Origin: Bacteroidota bacterium
GTDB lineage: Bacteria; Bacteroidota; Bacteroidia; UKL13-3
DNA: 64,000 nucleotides
Direction of reading: 5' to 3'
Assembly (NCBI GenBank): GCA_027482225.1
Contig: JAIXWD010000014.1
Span: 74,719-138,718 of the forward strand
Part shown: one piece after another, positions 49,215 through 60,049 of the stretch
Numbering within the stretch: position 1 is the first letter of the stretch
Layout: every line of letters begins with the position of its first letter
Notes under the pieces: model-generated
The model's database searches: none
Seen by the model: the letters and a program-made list of their open reading frames with translations, nothing else
Told to the model about the DNA's origin: nothing
Made by a program: the position numbers and the translations under genes

Positions 49215-51041
49215 ATGAATGAAAATCGTTTTGTATATCGATTCATTCAATACTATGCCATATGGTTTATTTTGGCTTTAGCCTTATTACTTCGTTTATT
49301 CAAAATTAACGACATGGCCTTAACCAACGATGAGTTAAGTGCCCTTTCAAGATGTAATTACAATTCGTTAAAAGATTTAATAAATATTGGTGTGGTTGAA
49401 CTAGATATGCACCCACCATTGGTTCAAATATTTATTTATTACTACACCAAATTATTTGGACTAAACCCGGTAGTTTATAAACTTCCATTTATTGCCATGG
49501 GTATGTTTACCCTTTGGGTAACTTACAATCTAATCACACAGTTATTCAATAAACACAACGCTTTGTTGGTAGTGTTGTTTATGGCTACCTCTCAATACTT
49601 CTTGGTACATAGCCAAACAGCTCGTATGTATGCCCCCGGATTATTGTTTACTTTGTTATTTATATCTACGTTATTTAACACATCAAACCAAAACAAAAAA
49701 TTTATATGGGCCGCAGTGTATTTATTTTTAGTAGCCAATACACATTACATGGCATTGATTACTTGTGCATTTGCTGGTATTATTTATTTGATACTTTATA
49801 AACATGATGTAAAAAAATGGCTATTCAGTTTTGCTGCAGCTGCAACATTATTTGCAATAGAATTTCCCTTGTTGTTACCACAGTTTCAACAAGGCGGATT
49901 AAGCTGGTTAGGTGTGCCTGATAAAAACTATATTTATTATTATTTACAATATGTAGCTCAGTACACCACACCTATTTTATATTTTATTTTTACAGGTTTG
50001 ATTGCTGCATTAATTGGGATATTTTTAAAAAAAGAAATACAAAAAAAGCACCTTACTTTTTCTTTGTTATTGTTTTTAACATCATTTGCATTCACTTATT
50101 TATACTCTCAATGGCGTGCACCCATCATGCAATATTCAGTGTTGCTTTTTGGTATTGTATTTTTACTTGCAGCAGCATTTTATGTTTTCAGTAAATTACA
50201 TCAAACATTATTTATATTGGTTTTTGTTGGGTTGATGTTGATGAATACTTATGCATTAATAAATACACGCAAACATTACACGGTATTTTATCACCAAGCA
50301 TACAAAGCAGCAGTGATGGCCATAAAACCATATACACAAAACGAAACAACAGCCTTTTTAGCAGGTAACCGTAAATACTATTTTGATTATTATTTTAATC
50401 GTGAAAACATGCAACCATATGTGGTATCAGCAAAAATTGACACCTTGGGTTATGCGTACTTCTACAACTGGTTATTGCAAAACCAACCCGATACTTTAAT
50501 CATTGCTCATGGTGGTGCTATTCCATACGAATATGCAAGTATTGCATCTTTATTTTACAATTATAAATTATTTGAAGAATACCAATCGTTGAGTGAAACA
50601 TTTGTATTTAGCAATAGAAAAAAAAACCTATATCCTGATTCGTTTCCTGTAATCGTTTCAGCTGAAAAAACTCGTGCAAACGAAACTATTTTTGAATTTA
50701 ATAACGCACACAAAGTTGTTGAATTGGAAGTTTGGAGTTGGATTAAAACCACAGATTCATTAACAAACCCAATACTAGAAGTTACCTTAACAAACAATAA
50801 AAATGAAGTATTGTATTATGGCACAACCAGCTTAGATAAATTCAAAAACACATCAAACCAAATTGCACCAATAATTTTACGTCCGCGTATTGAGTTGCTA
50901 GAAAATACCACATCAATACTAATTGTTAAAGCTGCTATTTTAAATGAAGGTAAACATACTTTTAAATGCACGCCATTAAAGGTAAGTGCTAAAAAAGGAA
51001 ATGGAATAATTTACAGTACACTTGCTCCGGTGTTAGATTAA
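49215..51041 (+). CDS. GT-C glycosyltransferase, PMT/ArnT-like polytopic membrane protein
   Basis: About 11 predicted TM helices. DE motif in the first extracytoplasmic loop (TNDELSA). Large C-terminal soluble domain. Confidence 0.6.
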   Translation: MNENRFVYRFIQYYAIWFILALALLLRLFKINDMALTNDELSALSRCNYNSLKDLINIGVVELDMHPPLVQIFIYYYTKLFGLNPVVYKLPFIAMGMFTLWVTYNLITQLFNKHNALLVVLFMATSQYFLVHSQTARMYAPGLLFTLLFISTLFNTSNQNKKFIWAAVYLFLVANTHYMALITCAFAGIIYLILYKHDVKKWLFSFAAAATLFAIEFPLLLPQFQQGGLSWLGVPDKNYIYYYLQYVAQYTTPILYFIFTGLIAALIGIFLKKEIQKKHLTFSLLLFLTSFAFTYLYSQWRAPIMQYSVLLFGIVFLLAAAFYVFSKLHQTLFILVFVGLMLMNTYALINTRKHYTVFYHQAYKAAVMAIKPYTQNETTAFLAGNRKYYFDYYFNRENMQPYVVSAKIDTLGYAYFYNWLLQNQPDTLIIAHGGAIPYEYASIASLFYNYKLFEEYQSLSETFVFSNRKKNLYPDSFPVIVSAEKTRANETIFEFNNAHKVVELEVWSWIKTTDSLTNPILEVTLTNNKNEVLYYGTTSLDKFKNTSNQIAPIILRPRIELLENTTSILIVKAAILNEGKHTFKCTPLKVSAKKGNGIIYSTLAPVLD

Positions 51042-51044
51042 ATA

Positions 51045-51371
51045 CTACTTCAACTTTTCGTTTTCTTTATGTCTGGTCGCATCGCGTTTGGTTTTCTTAT
51101 CCAAATTTTTTTGCAACGCAGCTGTTAAATCTATTCCTGTTTGATTAGCCAAACAAATCAACACAAACAATACATCAGCCATTTCATCGCCTAAATCAAC
51201 ATCTTTATCGCTGGCTTTAAAACTTTGTTCACCATATTGTCGAGCCATAATACGGGCCACCTCACCTACCTCTTCCATTAACATAGCAGTATTGGTTAAC
51301 TCATTAAAATAACGAACACCGGTTGTTTTAATCCATTCGTCAACTGTTTTTTGTGCTTCTTCTATGGTCAT
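51045..51371 (-). CDS. MazG-like nucleotide pyrophosphohydrolase (single-domain)
   Basis: EExxE metal-binding helix (MEEVGEVARI…LGDEMADVLFVL). Confidence 0.75.
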   Translation of the reverse strand: MTIEEAQKTVDEWIKTTGVRYFNELTNTAMLMEEVGEVARIMARQYGEQSFKASDKDVDLGDEMADVLFVLICLANQTGIDLTAALQKNLDKKTKRDATRHKENEKLK

Positions 51372-51386
51372 CGTATATGTTTTTAA

Positions 51387-53489
51387 TTATTTGTTCAACA
51401 CAATTTTAATGGGTTTTGCATCACCCAACTTTATAAAATAAATCCCTGTTTGTAGGTTAACTAAATCTAACTCATTATTTACAGTTGGTTCAATTAACGA
51501 TTCAAAAACCAACTCACCTAGTACATTATAAACTAATGCAACTTGTTTGGTTTTGTTTGAGCTAATAATATTCAATTTTCTATTGGTTGGATTAGGGTAT
51601 ACTGAAAATGAAATAAGATTTACCTTATCTATACCTACTTTAGCAATGCTAAGTATGCTTGATAATACAGAACGCTGCGTATTATCTTTACAATACGCAC
51701 CTTCTTTAAGTTTAGCTTCAATTTGGTAATCCACTGCCAAAAAATTATTCAATAACGAATCAACAAATTGATTTTGCGTGGCACTTAATGTGGCAATTTT
51801 AATAGGTGCTAGATCAAGTGGTTTACGCCAAACTATTACACTATCGGCAACAGCAAATCCATTAACCTCGTAATTATTCCAATACAGCATATTGTTGTTT
51901 TTGCGCAGCAACATGGTGTTGTATGATTTACTGCTATCCAATACCGACTCGATGTTGCAATAATTGGTTGCAGTAATTTTGTATTTGTAAGCATAGTTAC
52001 TTGGAAATGTATGGCTGCTATCTATAAATCTTGTTGCATTGCTATCATTAATGCTTGTAATTTTTTGATACAGATTTAACGAATCATACGAGCGGTAAAT
52101 CTGATAACTTTTTACCTCTACACCTTGTTCCTTTTGCCATTGAAGTATGACATTACGATTTGTTAAAGAATCGTAAGTTACAAGGCATAACTGTTGCACA
52201 ACAGGTTGCTTTACTTTTACATCAACATTTTTTGTAACCACACATCCTGCTTTTTTGGTTTTAACTTGTAACATTAATGTGGTATCCAAAGTAGCATTAA
52301 AAGTGGTATTCACTTGAGTAGAATCGGCAAATACTGCACCTCTCCAAATTGCATAATAATCAGGACCACTTACTGTTGCGTTTAACTGATTTATTCCTGG
52401 ACATACATTGATTTGATTGGGCAAACCAATTTGATTAGATGGTTGAATTGTGATATTTGCCGAAACCAAATTACCTTGAACATACGAACTATCTGGCCAT
52501 AAAAATTGTATTTGTGCGTTGCTATCGGCTACATATAAAAAACCATAATCAGCTAGAGGAGCGCTTGCACCACAATTGTTTTTGGGATACCAGTTTACAA
52601 TGGAATTATAAGTTAGGTTGCTATTTACTTGTTTAATTTCAAAATCGTAAGCCCTTCCAAATCCAAAACGAGCATTAGGCTTGAGTAAAACGGTATCGCC
52701 AACGCAAACATAAAAAGTATCAATATTGGTTTGCCAATTAAAGTAATTTGAAAACGCATTAGGATCACCACCCAAACATGTTGTTATCTTTTTAGAGTAA
52801 ACCATGTATACATCATTTTTTAACAAGGGTAAAATACCGTAAGAATAAATGTAATTAGCCTTATTCCAGCACTGACTGGCTTTGTATTTTATTGCTGCTG
52901 TACCGTATTCATCAATCGCTGCCATCATGGTTAATGAATCATCGCCCATATTATTAAAATCAACAGCAACCATAATATCATCATTTTTGGTATTAAATGT
53001 TTTAGGTAATCCACTAAAAGTAAATGTGGCCCAATTAAAATTCCCACCATTAGGGTCGGGTAAAAGATTTACACCATTTAAACTATAAGTTTCTTGATAT
53101 ACCACAGTTGATGGTGCTTTTTTTAACCTTCGTTTACAAAAAATAGTGTAGGCAGACGAATCATTATTACAAATAGGTGCACCATCGGCCTTAATTAATT
53201 TAATGGTAATAGATCCAGCTGAGCCAACTACTTGTAACTTACTTAAAGCAAGTGCTACTCCATAACAAGTATATGTTTGAAGCGCAATATTGGTATCGCA
53301 CACACCAACTGCCGATGCAATTTGTTCAATATCGGAGGTTACGGGTAAACCAACACTTAATACACGCGTTAAAAAGTTAGAATTATGCAATCCATCGGTA
53401 TATAACTTATCCGTTGGGTAAACCCATTGGGCATTTATATTATGGTTGATGGCAAATACCACCGAAATGATAAAGGCTAATTTTTTCAT
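51387..53489 (-). CDS. Secreted protein of unknown function with T9SS C-terminal sorting domain (700 aa)
   Basis: Signal peptide. C-terminus SVYPNPTNRKLNII…GIYFIKLGDAKPIKIVLNK. Confidence 0.7.
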   Translation of the reverse strand: MKKLAFIISVVFAINHNINAQWVYPTDKLYTDGLHNSNFLTRVLSVGLPVTSDIEQIASAVGVCDTNIALQTYTCYGVALALSKLQVVGSAGSITIKLIKADGAPICNNDSSAYTIFCKRRLKKAPSTVVYQETYSLNGVNLLPDPNGGNFNWATFTFSGLPKTFNTKNDDIMVAVDFNNMGDDSLTMMAAIDEYGTAAIKYKASQCWNKANYIYSYGILPLLKNDVYMVYSKKITTCLGGDPNAFSNYFNWQTNIDTFYVCVGDTVLLKPNARFGFGRAYDFEIKQVNSNLTYNSIVNWYPKNNCGASAPLADYGFLYVADSNAQIQFLWPDSSYVQGNLVSANITIQPSNQIGLPNQINVCPGINQLNATVSGPDYYAIWRGAVFADSTQVNTTFNATLDTTLMLQVKTKKAGCVVTKNVDVKVKQPVVQQLCLVTYDSLTNRNVILQWQKEQGVEVKSYQIYRSYDSLNLYQKITSINDSNATRFIDSSHTFPSNYAYKYKITATNYCNIESVLDSSKSYNTMLLRKNNNMLYWNNYEVNGFAVADSVIVWRKPLDLAPIKIATLSATQNQFVDSLLNNFLAVDYQIEAKLKEGAYCKDNTQRSVLSSILSIAKVGIDKVNLISFSVYPNPTNRKLNIISSNKTKQVALVYNVLGELVFESLIEPTVNNELDLVNLQTGIYFIKLGDAKPIKIVLNK

Positions 53490-53798
53490 GGTTTTTGTTT
53501 TTATGATTTAACGGAAGCCAAACCCTTGCTTGTTCTTGGTGTTTATCGAAAGTAACCAAGATAGACTAAAATAACAATATAGAAAGAAGTACCTAAGAGT
53601 GAAATATCTACATTTTGGAAATGTCCTAAAAAACTAGACTTGCTGTAGCATAAAGTAATCACATCCCAAAAGATGACCTTGTTAAACAACAAAAATGCAC
53701 TGATTAACAACATTATACAAATATAAATATCGTAAAAACAAGTTTGGCACTGTTTTTATATAATAGAAGTACATAACACTTTTTTCATTGATAAAATC

Positions 53799-53844
53799 AA
53801 AAAAGCCGGCAGTGATATTGATTACCACTGCCGGCTTATTTTTT
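53799..53844 (-). terminator. Strong hairpin terminator
   Basis: gccggcagtg…cactgccggc is a 10-bp perfect stem flanked by A5 and T-rich runs. Confidence 0.8.
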
Positions 53845-53848
53845 ATGG

Positions 53849-54370
53849 CTATTTAGCAACGTCAATTCGATAATACTCCCCTACTTTTCTTCTGGGTTTG
53901 GTTGGCCAAAAAGCACTTTCTACTAGAGCATTCCCAGAACCAATTATTATACTTGCTGGTATTATCCAAAGCAAACTTTGGGCATAGGTATTGGTATTAT
54001 TTATTATAAATTCAACGGTTGGAACTACCTCTAATACAGTAACAAATAACATTGTAGTACCTCTCGTGTATATGTATTTACCTTCTTTTCTAATACCTAC
54101 AATTTTATTTAAAGGCATTTGATAAAATTTGGATTGCATTTCCTCAACCATACCAAGCCTGTATGTAAACATGTTATCATCTACACTCACTAAAGTGGCA
54201 TGAATACCTCTTACTTTACCTGATGAATCTAAAAACGAAAAAGTAAATGGATCTCCAGGAAGAATTATTTTAACCTTGTTGTTTTTAATTTTTGTGAGTT
54301 GGATGCCATTTTGGGCATCAACACTAAATGCAAATAAAAGTAGTAGGCTTATTCCAAGAAAATATTTCAT
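53849..54370 (-). CDS. Hypothetical exported protein (173 aa)
   Basis: Signal peptide. C-terminal hydrophobic segment. Confidence 0.45.
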   Translation of the reverse strand: MKYFLGISLLLLFAFSVDAQNGIQLTKIKNNKVKIILPGDPFTFSFLDSSGKVRGIHATLVSVDDNMFTYRLGMVEEMQSKFYQMPLNKIVGIRKEGKYIYTRGTTMLFVTVLEVVPTVEFIINNTNTYAQSLLWIIPASIIIGSGNALVESAFWPTKPRRKVGEYYRIDVAK

Positions 54371-54384
54371 ACAGTAGCTATTAC

Positions 54385-55236
54385 TTAATTACCATCTAAG
54401 ATTTGAGCAATTTCATCTAAATTAGGTGTTACAATAATTTCTATACGTCTGTTTTTTCTCCGAGCTTCGGCTGTTGGAGCAGCATCTATAGGCCAATACT
54501 CTGCTCTACCTGCTGCAATAAATCGCTCAGGTGCAACTTTACCTGCTTTACTCATCCATCTAATAACGGATGTTGCACGTAATACACTAATATCCCAATT
54601 GTCTTTATAGGTTTGTCCTTTATAGGCTATTTTATCCGTATGCCCTTCTACTGTCATAATGGTAGTTGGGTCTTGGTTTAACACATTAGCAATTTCTAAC
54701 AACGCATTTCTACCTTCAGGGTTTACATCTACTTTACCCGATTGAAACAACAACCGCTCATCAAGAGAGATGTATACTTTACCTCCAACCACATGTACAT
54801 CCACTCCTTTATCTTTAAAACCTAATAAAGCTTGTTGTAGGCGATTACGCGTGACACGCATGATAGAATCTTTACGGAATAATACCGATTCGAGTTCGGC
54901 AATTTTACTTGCTGATAAGGTAAGTTTACTTGATTGCGCAGTAAGCTCCTCGCGCAAACGTTTTCTTTCTGCTTCTAATCGTGCTTTATCAGCATCGCTT
55001 TTATTCATACCCGATCTACAAACCGAATCGATATAAGCTGAGTCTCTTCTTATTCTGTCTACTTCAGAAAGTAAAGCATAAATGCGTTTATCACAATTGT
55101 TATTTTTACCTTTTAATAATTGATACTGGCTATCAGTATAAACCCACAGTGCATACATGTCGTTGTATTTACGTTTTGATACACAAGAAGCGAGGGTAAA
55201 AATGGCTAAACAAGAAAGAATTATTTTGATTCGCAT
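54385..55236 (-). CDS. OmpA-family lipoprotein (coiled-coil N-region plus C-terminal OmpA/MotB peptidoglycan-binding domain)
   Basis: Lipobox LASCVSK. OmpA-like C-domain TVEGHTDKIAYKG…LRATSVIRWM…RRIEIIVTP. Confidence 0.8.
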   Translation of the reverse strand: MRIKIILSCLAIFTLASCVSKRKYNDMYALWVYTDSQYQLLKGKNNNCDKRIYALLSEVDRIRRDSAYIDSVCRSGMNKSDADKARLEAERKRLREELTAQSSKLTLSASKIAELESVLFRKDSIMRVTRNRLQQALLGFKDKGVDVHVVGGKVYISLDERLLFQSGKVDVNPEGRNALLEIANVLNQDPTTIMTVEGHTDKIAYKGQTYKDNWDISVLRATSVIRWMSKAGKVAPERFIAAGRAEYWPIDAAPTAEARRKNRRIEIIVTPNLDEIAQILDGN

Positions 55237-55427
55237 AACTAGGATTGGTTATTATATCAAAGATAATTTTTTATGCTAAAATGAAAAGAGAAATAAAGCG
55301 ATAGAAAATGTAAATCGCTAAAGTGCTGTTTTACCGATTTAATATAGGTAACAGAAAACAATCATCAAAAAAAATCTAACGAAGTAAACCACACAGATTT
55401 TTAACGATACCTTACATATCGTATGTA

Positions 55428-56987
55428 TTAAACTAATATCTCTTCGCCTTGTGCGTTTATAAAACGGTACTCGCCAAAATGCATAGCATTAATCGGTCTG
55501 ATGCGAATCCAACGTTTGTAAGTCCAAAGCCATTTAAAGCGAATAGATCCTAAGAAACCTTTGGTGAAATAAGCATATAAATAAGGATGAACTTCAATGG
55601 TAATTGAACCTTTCATGTTCATATTTTGAAGGAAATATTTCAACCTATTTTCTATCTCATCTGCAATTACAATACTATTGGTTATTTCACCTGTACCATC
55701 GCAAGTAGGACATTTTTCGGTTGTAACAACTGTCATTTCTGGGCGTACACGCTGGCGCGTAATTTGAATTAACCCAAAAGGACTCATAGGCAAAATTTTG
55801 TGCTTTGCCCTGTCTGTTTTCATTTCGCCTTTTAAACGTTCGTATACCAAACGTTTATTACCCGCAGTTTTCTGATCAATAAAATCAACTACAATGATAC
55901 CACCCATATCACGCAACCTTAGTTGACGGGCAATTTCTGCTGCTGCTTCTAAATTAACCTTAAGCGCATTTTCATCTTGATTAATGTCTTTTCCGGTAAT
56001 ACTACCACTGTTTACATCAATAACATGTAAAGCTTCGGTGTGCTCAATAATTAAATATGAGCCACCCATAAAGTTTATTTCTTTTCCGAACGAACTTTTG
56101 ATTTGTTTATCGATTCCATAGTGTTCAAAAATTGATTGTTTACCAGAGTATAACTTCACAATTTTTTCTAGCTCAGGCGCTTTCTTTTCTATGTATGTTT
56201 TAATCGACTTTAGTAAAAAAGCATCACTTACATAAATACCTGTAAAATCATCATTTAACAAATCGCGTACTAAAGTTAAAGTACGTTCGCTTTCGCCAAG
56301 AATTTTTTGACCAGGAACAGCTGTTTTTAATTGGGCACATAAATGCTCCCAACGTTTCATCAAATCCTTTAAATCATTTTCCAGTTCTTCTACGCTTTGG
56401 CCTTCTGCAACGGTGCGCACTATAACCCCAAAATTGGCAGGCTTAATGCTTTGAACCAATTTTTTTAAACGAAGTCGCTCTTCTGTTTTAACAATTTTTT
56501 TGGAAATAGAAACAACCCCATCAAAAGGCATAAGCACAACGTAACGCCCTGCAAGAGAAAGCTGGGAAGTTAAACGCGGACCTTTATTAGAGATGGGTTC
56601 TTTGGTAACCTGCACCACAACTTGTTGTAGTCGTTGCAATGCTTGGTTAATTTTTCCCGTTTTTTCAATATCGGGTTCATTCAATTTGGCTTCTGGCCAA
56701 ACATTAGCGTGAGGATTATTGCGTAAAGTTTTGGTATGTTTTACCAACGACTTTACCTGAGGGCCAAGATCAAGGTAATGTAGAAATGCATCCTTCTCGT
56801 GCCCAACATCAACAAAAGCAGCATTAAGGCCTGGCATCAGTTTATTTACTGTGCCAAGATAAACATCACCAACAGCGAAACTATTATCCGCTTTTTCATG
56901 ATGCAACTCAATGAGTTTTTTGTCTCTTAGTAGCGCAATTTCAACCCCACCATTTGCATGACTATTAATTACTAGTTCGTAGCTCAC
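55428..56987 (-). CDS. rng: Ribonuclease E/G family (RNase G-like)
   Basis: S1 domain (GDVYLGTVNKLMPGLNAAFVDVG). DNase-I-like catalytic region. Zn-link CPTCDGTG. 519 aa. Confidence 0.9.
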   Translation of the reverse strand: MSYELVINSHANGGVEIALLRDKKLIELHHEKADNSFAVGDVYLGTVNKLMPGLNAAFVDVGHEKDAFLHYLDLGPQVKSLVKHTKTLRNNPHANVWPEAKLNEPDIEKTGKINQALQRLQQVVVQVTKEPISNKGPRLTSQLSLAGRYVVLMPFDGVVSISKKIVKTEERLRLKKLVQSIKPANFGVIVRTVAEGQSVEELENDLKDLMKRWEHLCAQLKTAVPGQKILGESERTLTLVRDLLNDDFTGIYVSDAFLLKSIKTYIEKKAPELEKIVKLYSGKQSIFEHYGIDKQIKSSFGKEINFMGGSYLIIEHTEALHVIDVNSGSITGKDINQDENALKVNLEAAAEIARQLRLRDMGGIIVVDFIDQKTAGNKRLVYERLKGEMKTDRAKHKILPMSPFGLIQITRQRVRPEMTVVTTEKCPTCDGTGEITNSIVIADEIENRLKYFLQNMNMKGSITIEVHPYLYAYFTKGFLGSIRFKWLWTYKRWIRIRPINAMHFGEYRFINAQGEEILV

Positions 56988-57095
56988 AATTTTTTACACG
57001 TGTGTTTAAAAACAGCAAACCGCCCAGCAAGGAACGGTTTACCATTAAGATCTTTTGAATAAAAAAGATATTTGTATTACAGCGTTTAAGAAAAT

Positions 57096-57185
57096 TTATT
57101 TTTTCTTATGTCTATTTTTACGAAGTCTTTTTTTACGCTTGTGCGTTGCGATCTTATGTCTTTTTCTTTTCTTTCCGCTTGGCAT
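57096..57185 (-). CDS. 29-aa highly basic protein. Candidate ribosomal protein bS22 (AURKAIP1/COX24-domain family)
   Basis: Manual translation MPSGKKRKRHKIATHKRKKRLRKNRHKKK. Starts 4 nt after the upstream TPR gene stop. Below the 60-aa ORF-track cutoff. Confidence 0.65.
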   Translation of the reverse strand: MPSGKKRKRHKIATHKRKKRLRKNRHKKK

Positions 57186-57189
57186 AGTG

Positions 57190-58008
57190 TTACAATTTAT
57201 TTAGTTTATTAATTATTTGGTCTATTTCCTTTTTAGCCTCTTTATCGGTTACTAAGGTTTTACACGTTTCGTAGGTTTTGATGGCTTTGGCCACATTACC
57301 ACTTTTTGCATAAACTTCACCTAAGTAAAAATAGTACTCCGGGTTAAAGGGTTCAAGTTTAATCAATTTTTCGAAACGTTCTTGCGCTTTTTCAAATTGG
57401 TTGCTTTGAATAGAAAGCATACCTAAAGTAAAAATAGCTTGAACGTTGTTTGAATCGGTTGCAACAACCTCTTTTAAAAGGCTTACACCTTTCATTACAT
57501 CGTTGTCTCCTTGTATAATACAAACAGCTAAAGCGCTTTTGGCTTGTAAGTTAGCAGGATTTAATTCCAATACTTTTGTGTAAGCCTCTTTTGCTTTACC
57601 AATTGCATGTGTACCTAAAAGACTATCGCTTGCGAAATTGGCTACATTGTAAAATTTACTTCCCGCAGCAAACCAAGTAATTTCGTTATTTTCTAATTGA
57701 GCCAACTGAAGTGTGTAATAAGCACTTAAGTAGGTTACCTTTAACGAATCCCAAAGGTTAGCTAACTGAAGTAAATTTTCTTTGTTTTTTTTATCCGACT
57801 CAAGCAACTCAACCTGTTTTGATTGTTCAGGGGTAAGTTTAGCTTTTTGTTCCTTTAAGAAACCATCAGCATCAAACTGTTCACTTAATACAGAAACACC
57901 TTTTGAGCTGTTTTGCCCAAAAGGAGTTTTGTAGCCCATAACAAATAAAGTAGCTTTAACTACCAATGCGATGGAAACAAGTAAAATTTGCTTGCTGTTA
58001 AATTTCAT
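57190..58008 (-). CDS. TPR-repeat exported protein
   Basis: Signal peptide. TPR helices. The start overlaps the HU gene stop by 1 nt (TAATG). Confidence 0.7.
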   Translation of the reverse strand: MKFNSKQILLVSIALVVKATLFVMGYKTPFGQNSSKGVSVLSEQFDADGFLKEQKAKLTPEQSKQVELLESDKKNKENLLQLANLWDSLKVTYLSAYYTLQLAQLENNEITWFAAGSKFYNVANFASDSLLGTHAIGKAKEAYTKVLELNPANLQAKSALAVCIIQGDNDVMKGVSLLKEVVATDSNNVQAIFTLGMLSIQSNQFEKAQERFEKLIKLEPFNPEYYFYLGEVYAKSGNVAKAIKTYETCKTLVTDKEAKKEIDQIINKLNKL

Positions 58009-58328
58009 TAAGCTTTAGCGGCTAATTTAGCTGCTTTGGTTTTAACCGTTTCGCTTTTCTTAACTTTATCTACAAAAGTCTTAGCCGGTTTAAAACTTGG
58101 GATGAAATGCTCATCAATTACCATTGCGGTGTTTTTGCTGATGTTACGCGCAATTTTTTTAGCTCTCTTTTTAATTACAAAGCTGCCAAAACCGCGGAAA
58201 TAAACATTCTTGCCCTCAGTCATAGAGGTTCTTACTACTTTAAAGAAAGATTCTACTGCTTCTTGCACGTGTGCTTTCTCAATTCCTGTTTTGGTTGCGA
58301 TTTCTGCAATTACTTCTGCTTTTGTCAT
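58008..58328 (-). CDS. HU-family DNA-binding protein with Lys-rich C-terminal tail
   Basis: MTKAEVIAEIA…FRGFGSFVIKKRA… is an HU/IHF beta-arm signature. Confidence 0.9.
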   Translation of the reverse strand: MTKAEVIAEIATKTGIEKAHVQEAVESFFKVVRTSMTEGKNVYFRGFGSFVIKKRAKKIARNISKNTAMVIDEHFIPSFKPAKTFVDKVKKSETVKTKAAKLAAKA

Positions 58329-58479
58329 TTTCTACGGTTTTTAACAATTAATAACTTTAGAGTCAAATGTTTGGCTTTGCCCCTCATTTGGCAAAGCGGG
58401 TTGCAAAGGTATGAATTTCAAAACAAAATGCACTAATTGATGTAAAAAAATATCTGTGGTGTATTTTCGCACTACAAAT

Positions 58480-59532
58480 ATGACTCAATTACAACCTTTA
58501 ATTAAATGGTATTTAACCAATAAACGCGAGCTTCCTTGGCGCGATACACAAAACCCTTATTACATTTGGTTATCGGAAATCATATTGCAGCAAACACGTG
58601 TAGAACAAGGCTTACCATATTACAACAAATTTATTGCTAACTATCCTACCCTACTAAAACTTGCGCATGCCATCGATAATGAGGTGATGAAACTATGGCA
58701 AGGTTTGGGTTACTACAACCGTGCGGCCAACATGCTTAAAACAGCGCGTATTATAGCTAATGAATATCATGGTGAATTTCCTAAAACTTATGACGAACTT
58801 ATTACACTTAAAGGCATAGGACCATACACCGCAGCTGCCATCGCTTCATTTGCATTTAATGAAGCCCATGCTGTTGTTGATGGCAACGTATACCGCGTAT
58901 TATCAAGGCTATTTGCAATTGATGAACCTATAAATGGTGCAAAAGGCAAAAAAATATTTGCCGAACTAGCGCAAGAATTACTAAATACCAATGCACCTGC
59001 AACACATAACCAAGCCATAATGGAACTGGGGGCAATGGTTTGCAAGCCCAAACAAGCATTGTGCGAACATTGTGTGTTGCGAATTCAATGCGAGGCATAC
59101 AAACAAAATAAGGTTTATGATTTCCCAGTTAAAGAAAAAAAACGTAAACCAATTGCCCGTTACCTAAACTACTTTTACATAGAAGACAGCAAAGGAAATA
59201 CCTATTTACGCCAACGTAACAATGATGGAATATGGAACAACCTATTTGAATTCCCATTGGTTGAATCTGAAACGGAAGTTAGTGCACAAGACCTATTGCA
59301 ACACCCAAAAACCAAAGAACTTTTAAATAAACTGCCTAACGAATTAGTACCCATGTTTTCTGCCAAACACCAACTTACACATCAAACCTTGTATGCAGTT
59401 TTTTGGCGTGTAAGTGGAAAACAAATAAAACCCTTAGCAGATAAAGGCTATGTGCAGGTATCACCAAATGATATCCATAATTTTGCGGTGCCCCGCTTGC
59501 TTGAGCGTTTTTTGAATACTATATTGCCTTAA
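58480..59532 (+). CDS. mutY: A/G-specific adenine DNA glycosylase
   Basis: HhH-GPD domain (LKGIGPYTAAAIASFAF). Fe-S cluster cysteines CKPKQALCEHCVLRIQC. C-terminal NUDIX-like domain. Start set at the ATG (MTQLQ). Confidence 0.9.
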   Translation: MTQLQPLIKWYLTNKRELPWRDTQNPYYIWLSEIILQQTRVEQGLPYYNKFIANYPTLLKLAHAIDNEVMKLWQGLGYYNRAANMLKTARIIANEYHGEFPKTYDELITLKGIGPYTAAAIASFAFNEAHAVVDGNVYRVLSRLFAIDEPINGAKGKKIFAELAQELLNTNAPATHNQAIMELGAMVCKPKQALCEHCVLRIQCEAYKQNKVYDFPVKEKKRKPIARYLNYFYIEDSKGNTYLRQRNNDGIWNNLFEFPLVESETEVSAQDLLQHPKTKELLNKLPNELVPMFSAKHQLTHQTLYAVFWRVSGKQIKPLADKGYVQVSPNDIHNFAVPRLLERFLNTILP

Positions 59533-59556
59533 CAAACAATTATATTCTTTACTACT

Positions 59557-60018
59557 ATGAGTGTAAACAAAGTTATTTTAATTGGCAACCTTGGACGCGA
59601 CCCTGAGCAACCACGTGTGCTTGGACAAAACAATACCAGACGTGTATTAACCATAAGTTTGGCTACCAGTGAAAGTTACACCGACAGCAAAACAGGTGAA
59701 AGAAGAACAGATACCGAATGGCACCGTGTGGAGTTGTGGGATAACCTTGCAGACATTGCTCATAAATACCTTAAAAAGGGCTCTACAGTTTATGTTGAAG
59801 GGAAAATTAGAACAGAAAAATGGACCGACCAACAAGGAATTGATCGCAGTGGCATAAAAATAAGAGCGAATAACATAACTTTGTTGGGTTCACGTAATAA
59901 CTCAAATGGAAATGATGGTGCACAAAACCATCAACCACAAGAGCAAAACGCAACAAACACACCTACTACATCAGGTGAAGAGAATAATGTAAATGGAATG
60001 GACGATTTGCCATTTTAA
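59557..60018 (+). CDS. ssb: Single-stranded DNA-binding protein
   Basis: OB-fold N-terminus MSVNKVILIGNLGRDPE. Acidic C-terminal tail ending DDLPF. Confidence 0.95.
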   Translation: MSVNKVILIGNLGRDPEQPRVLGQNNTRRVLTISLATSESYTDSKTGERRTDTEWHRVELWDNLADIAHKYLKKGSTVYVEGKIRTEKWTDQQGIDRSGIKIRANNITLLGSRNNSNGNDGAQNHQPQEQNATNTPTTSGEENNVNGMDDLPF

Positions 60019-60049
60019 TACATTGTATGTTTAACTTAATAAATATAAA

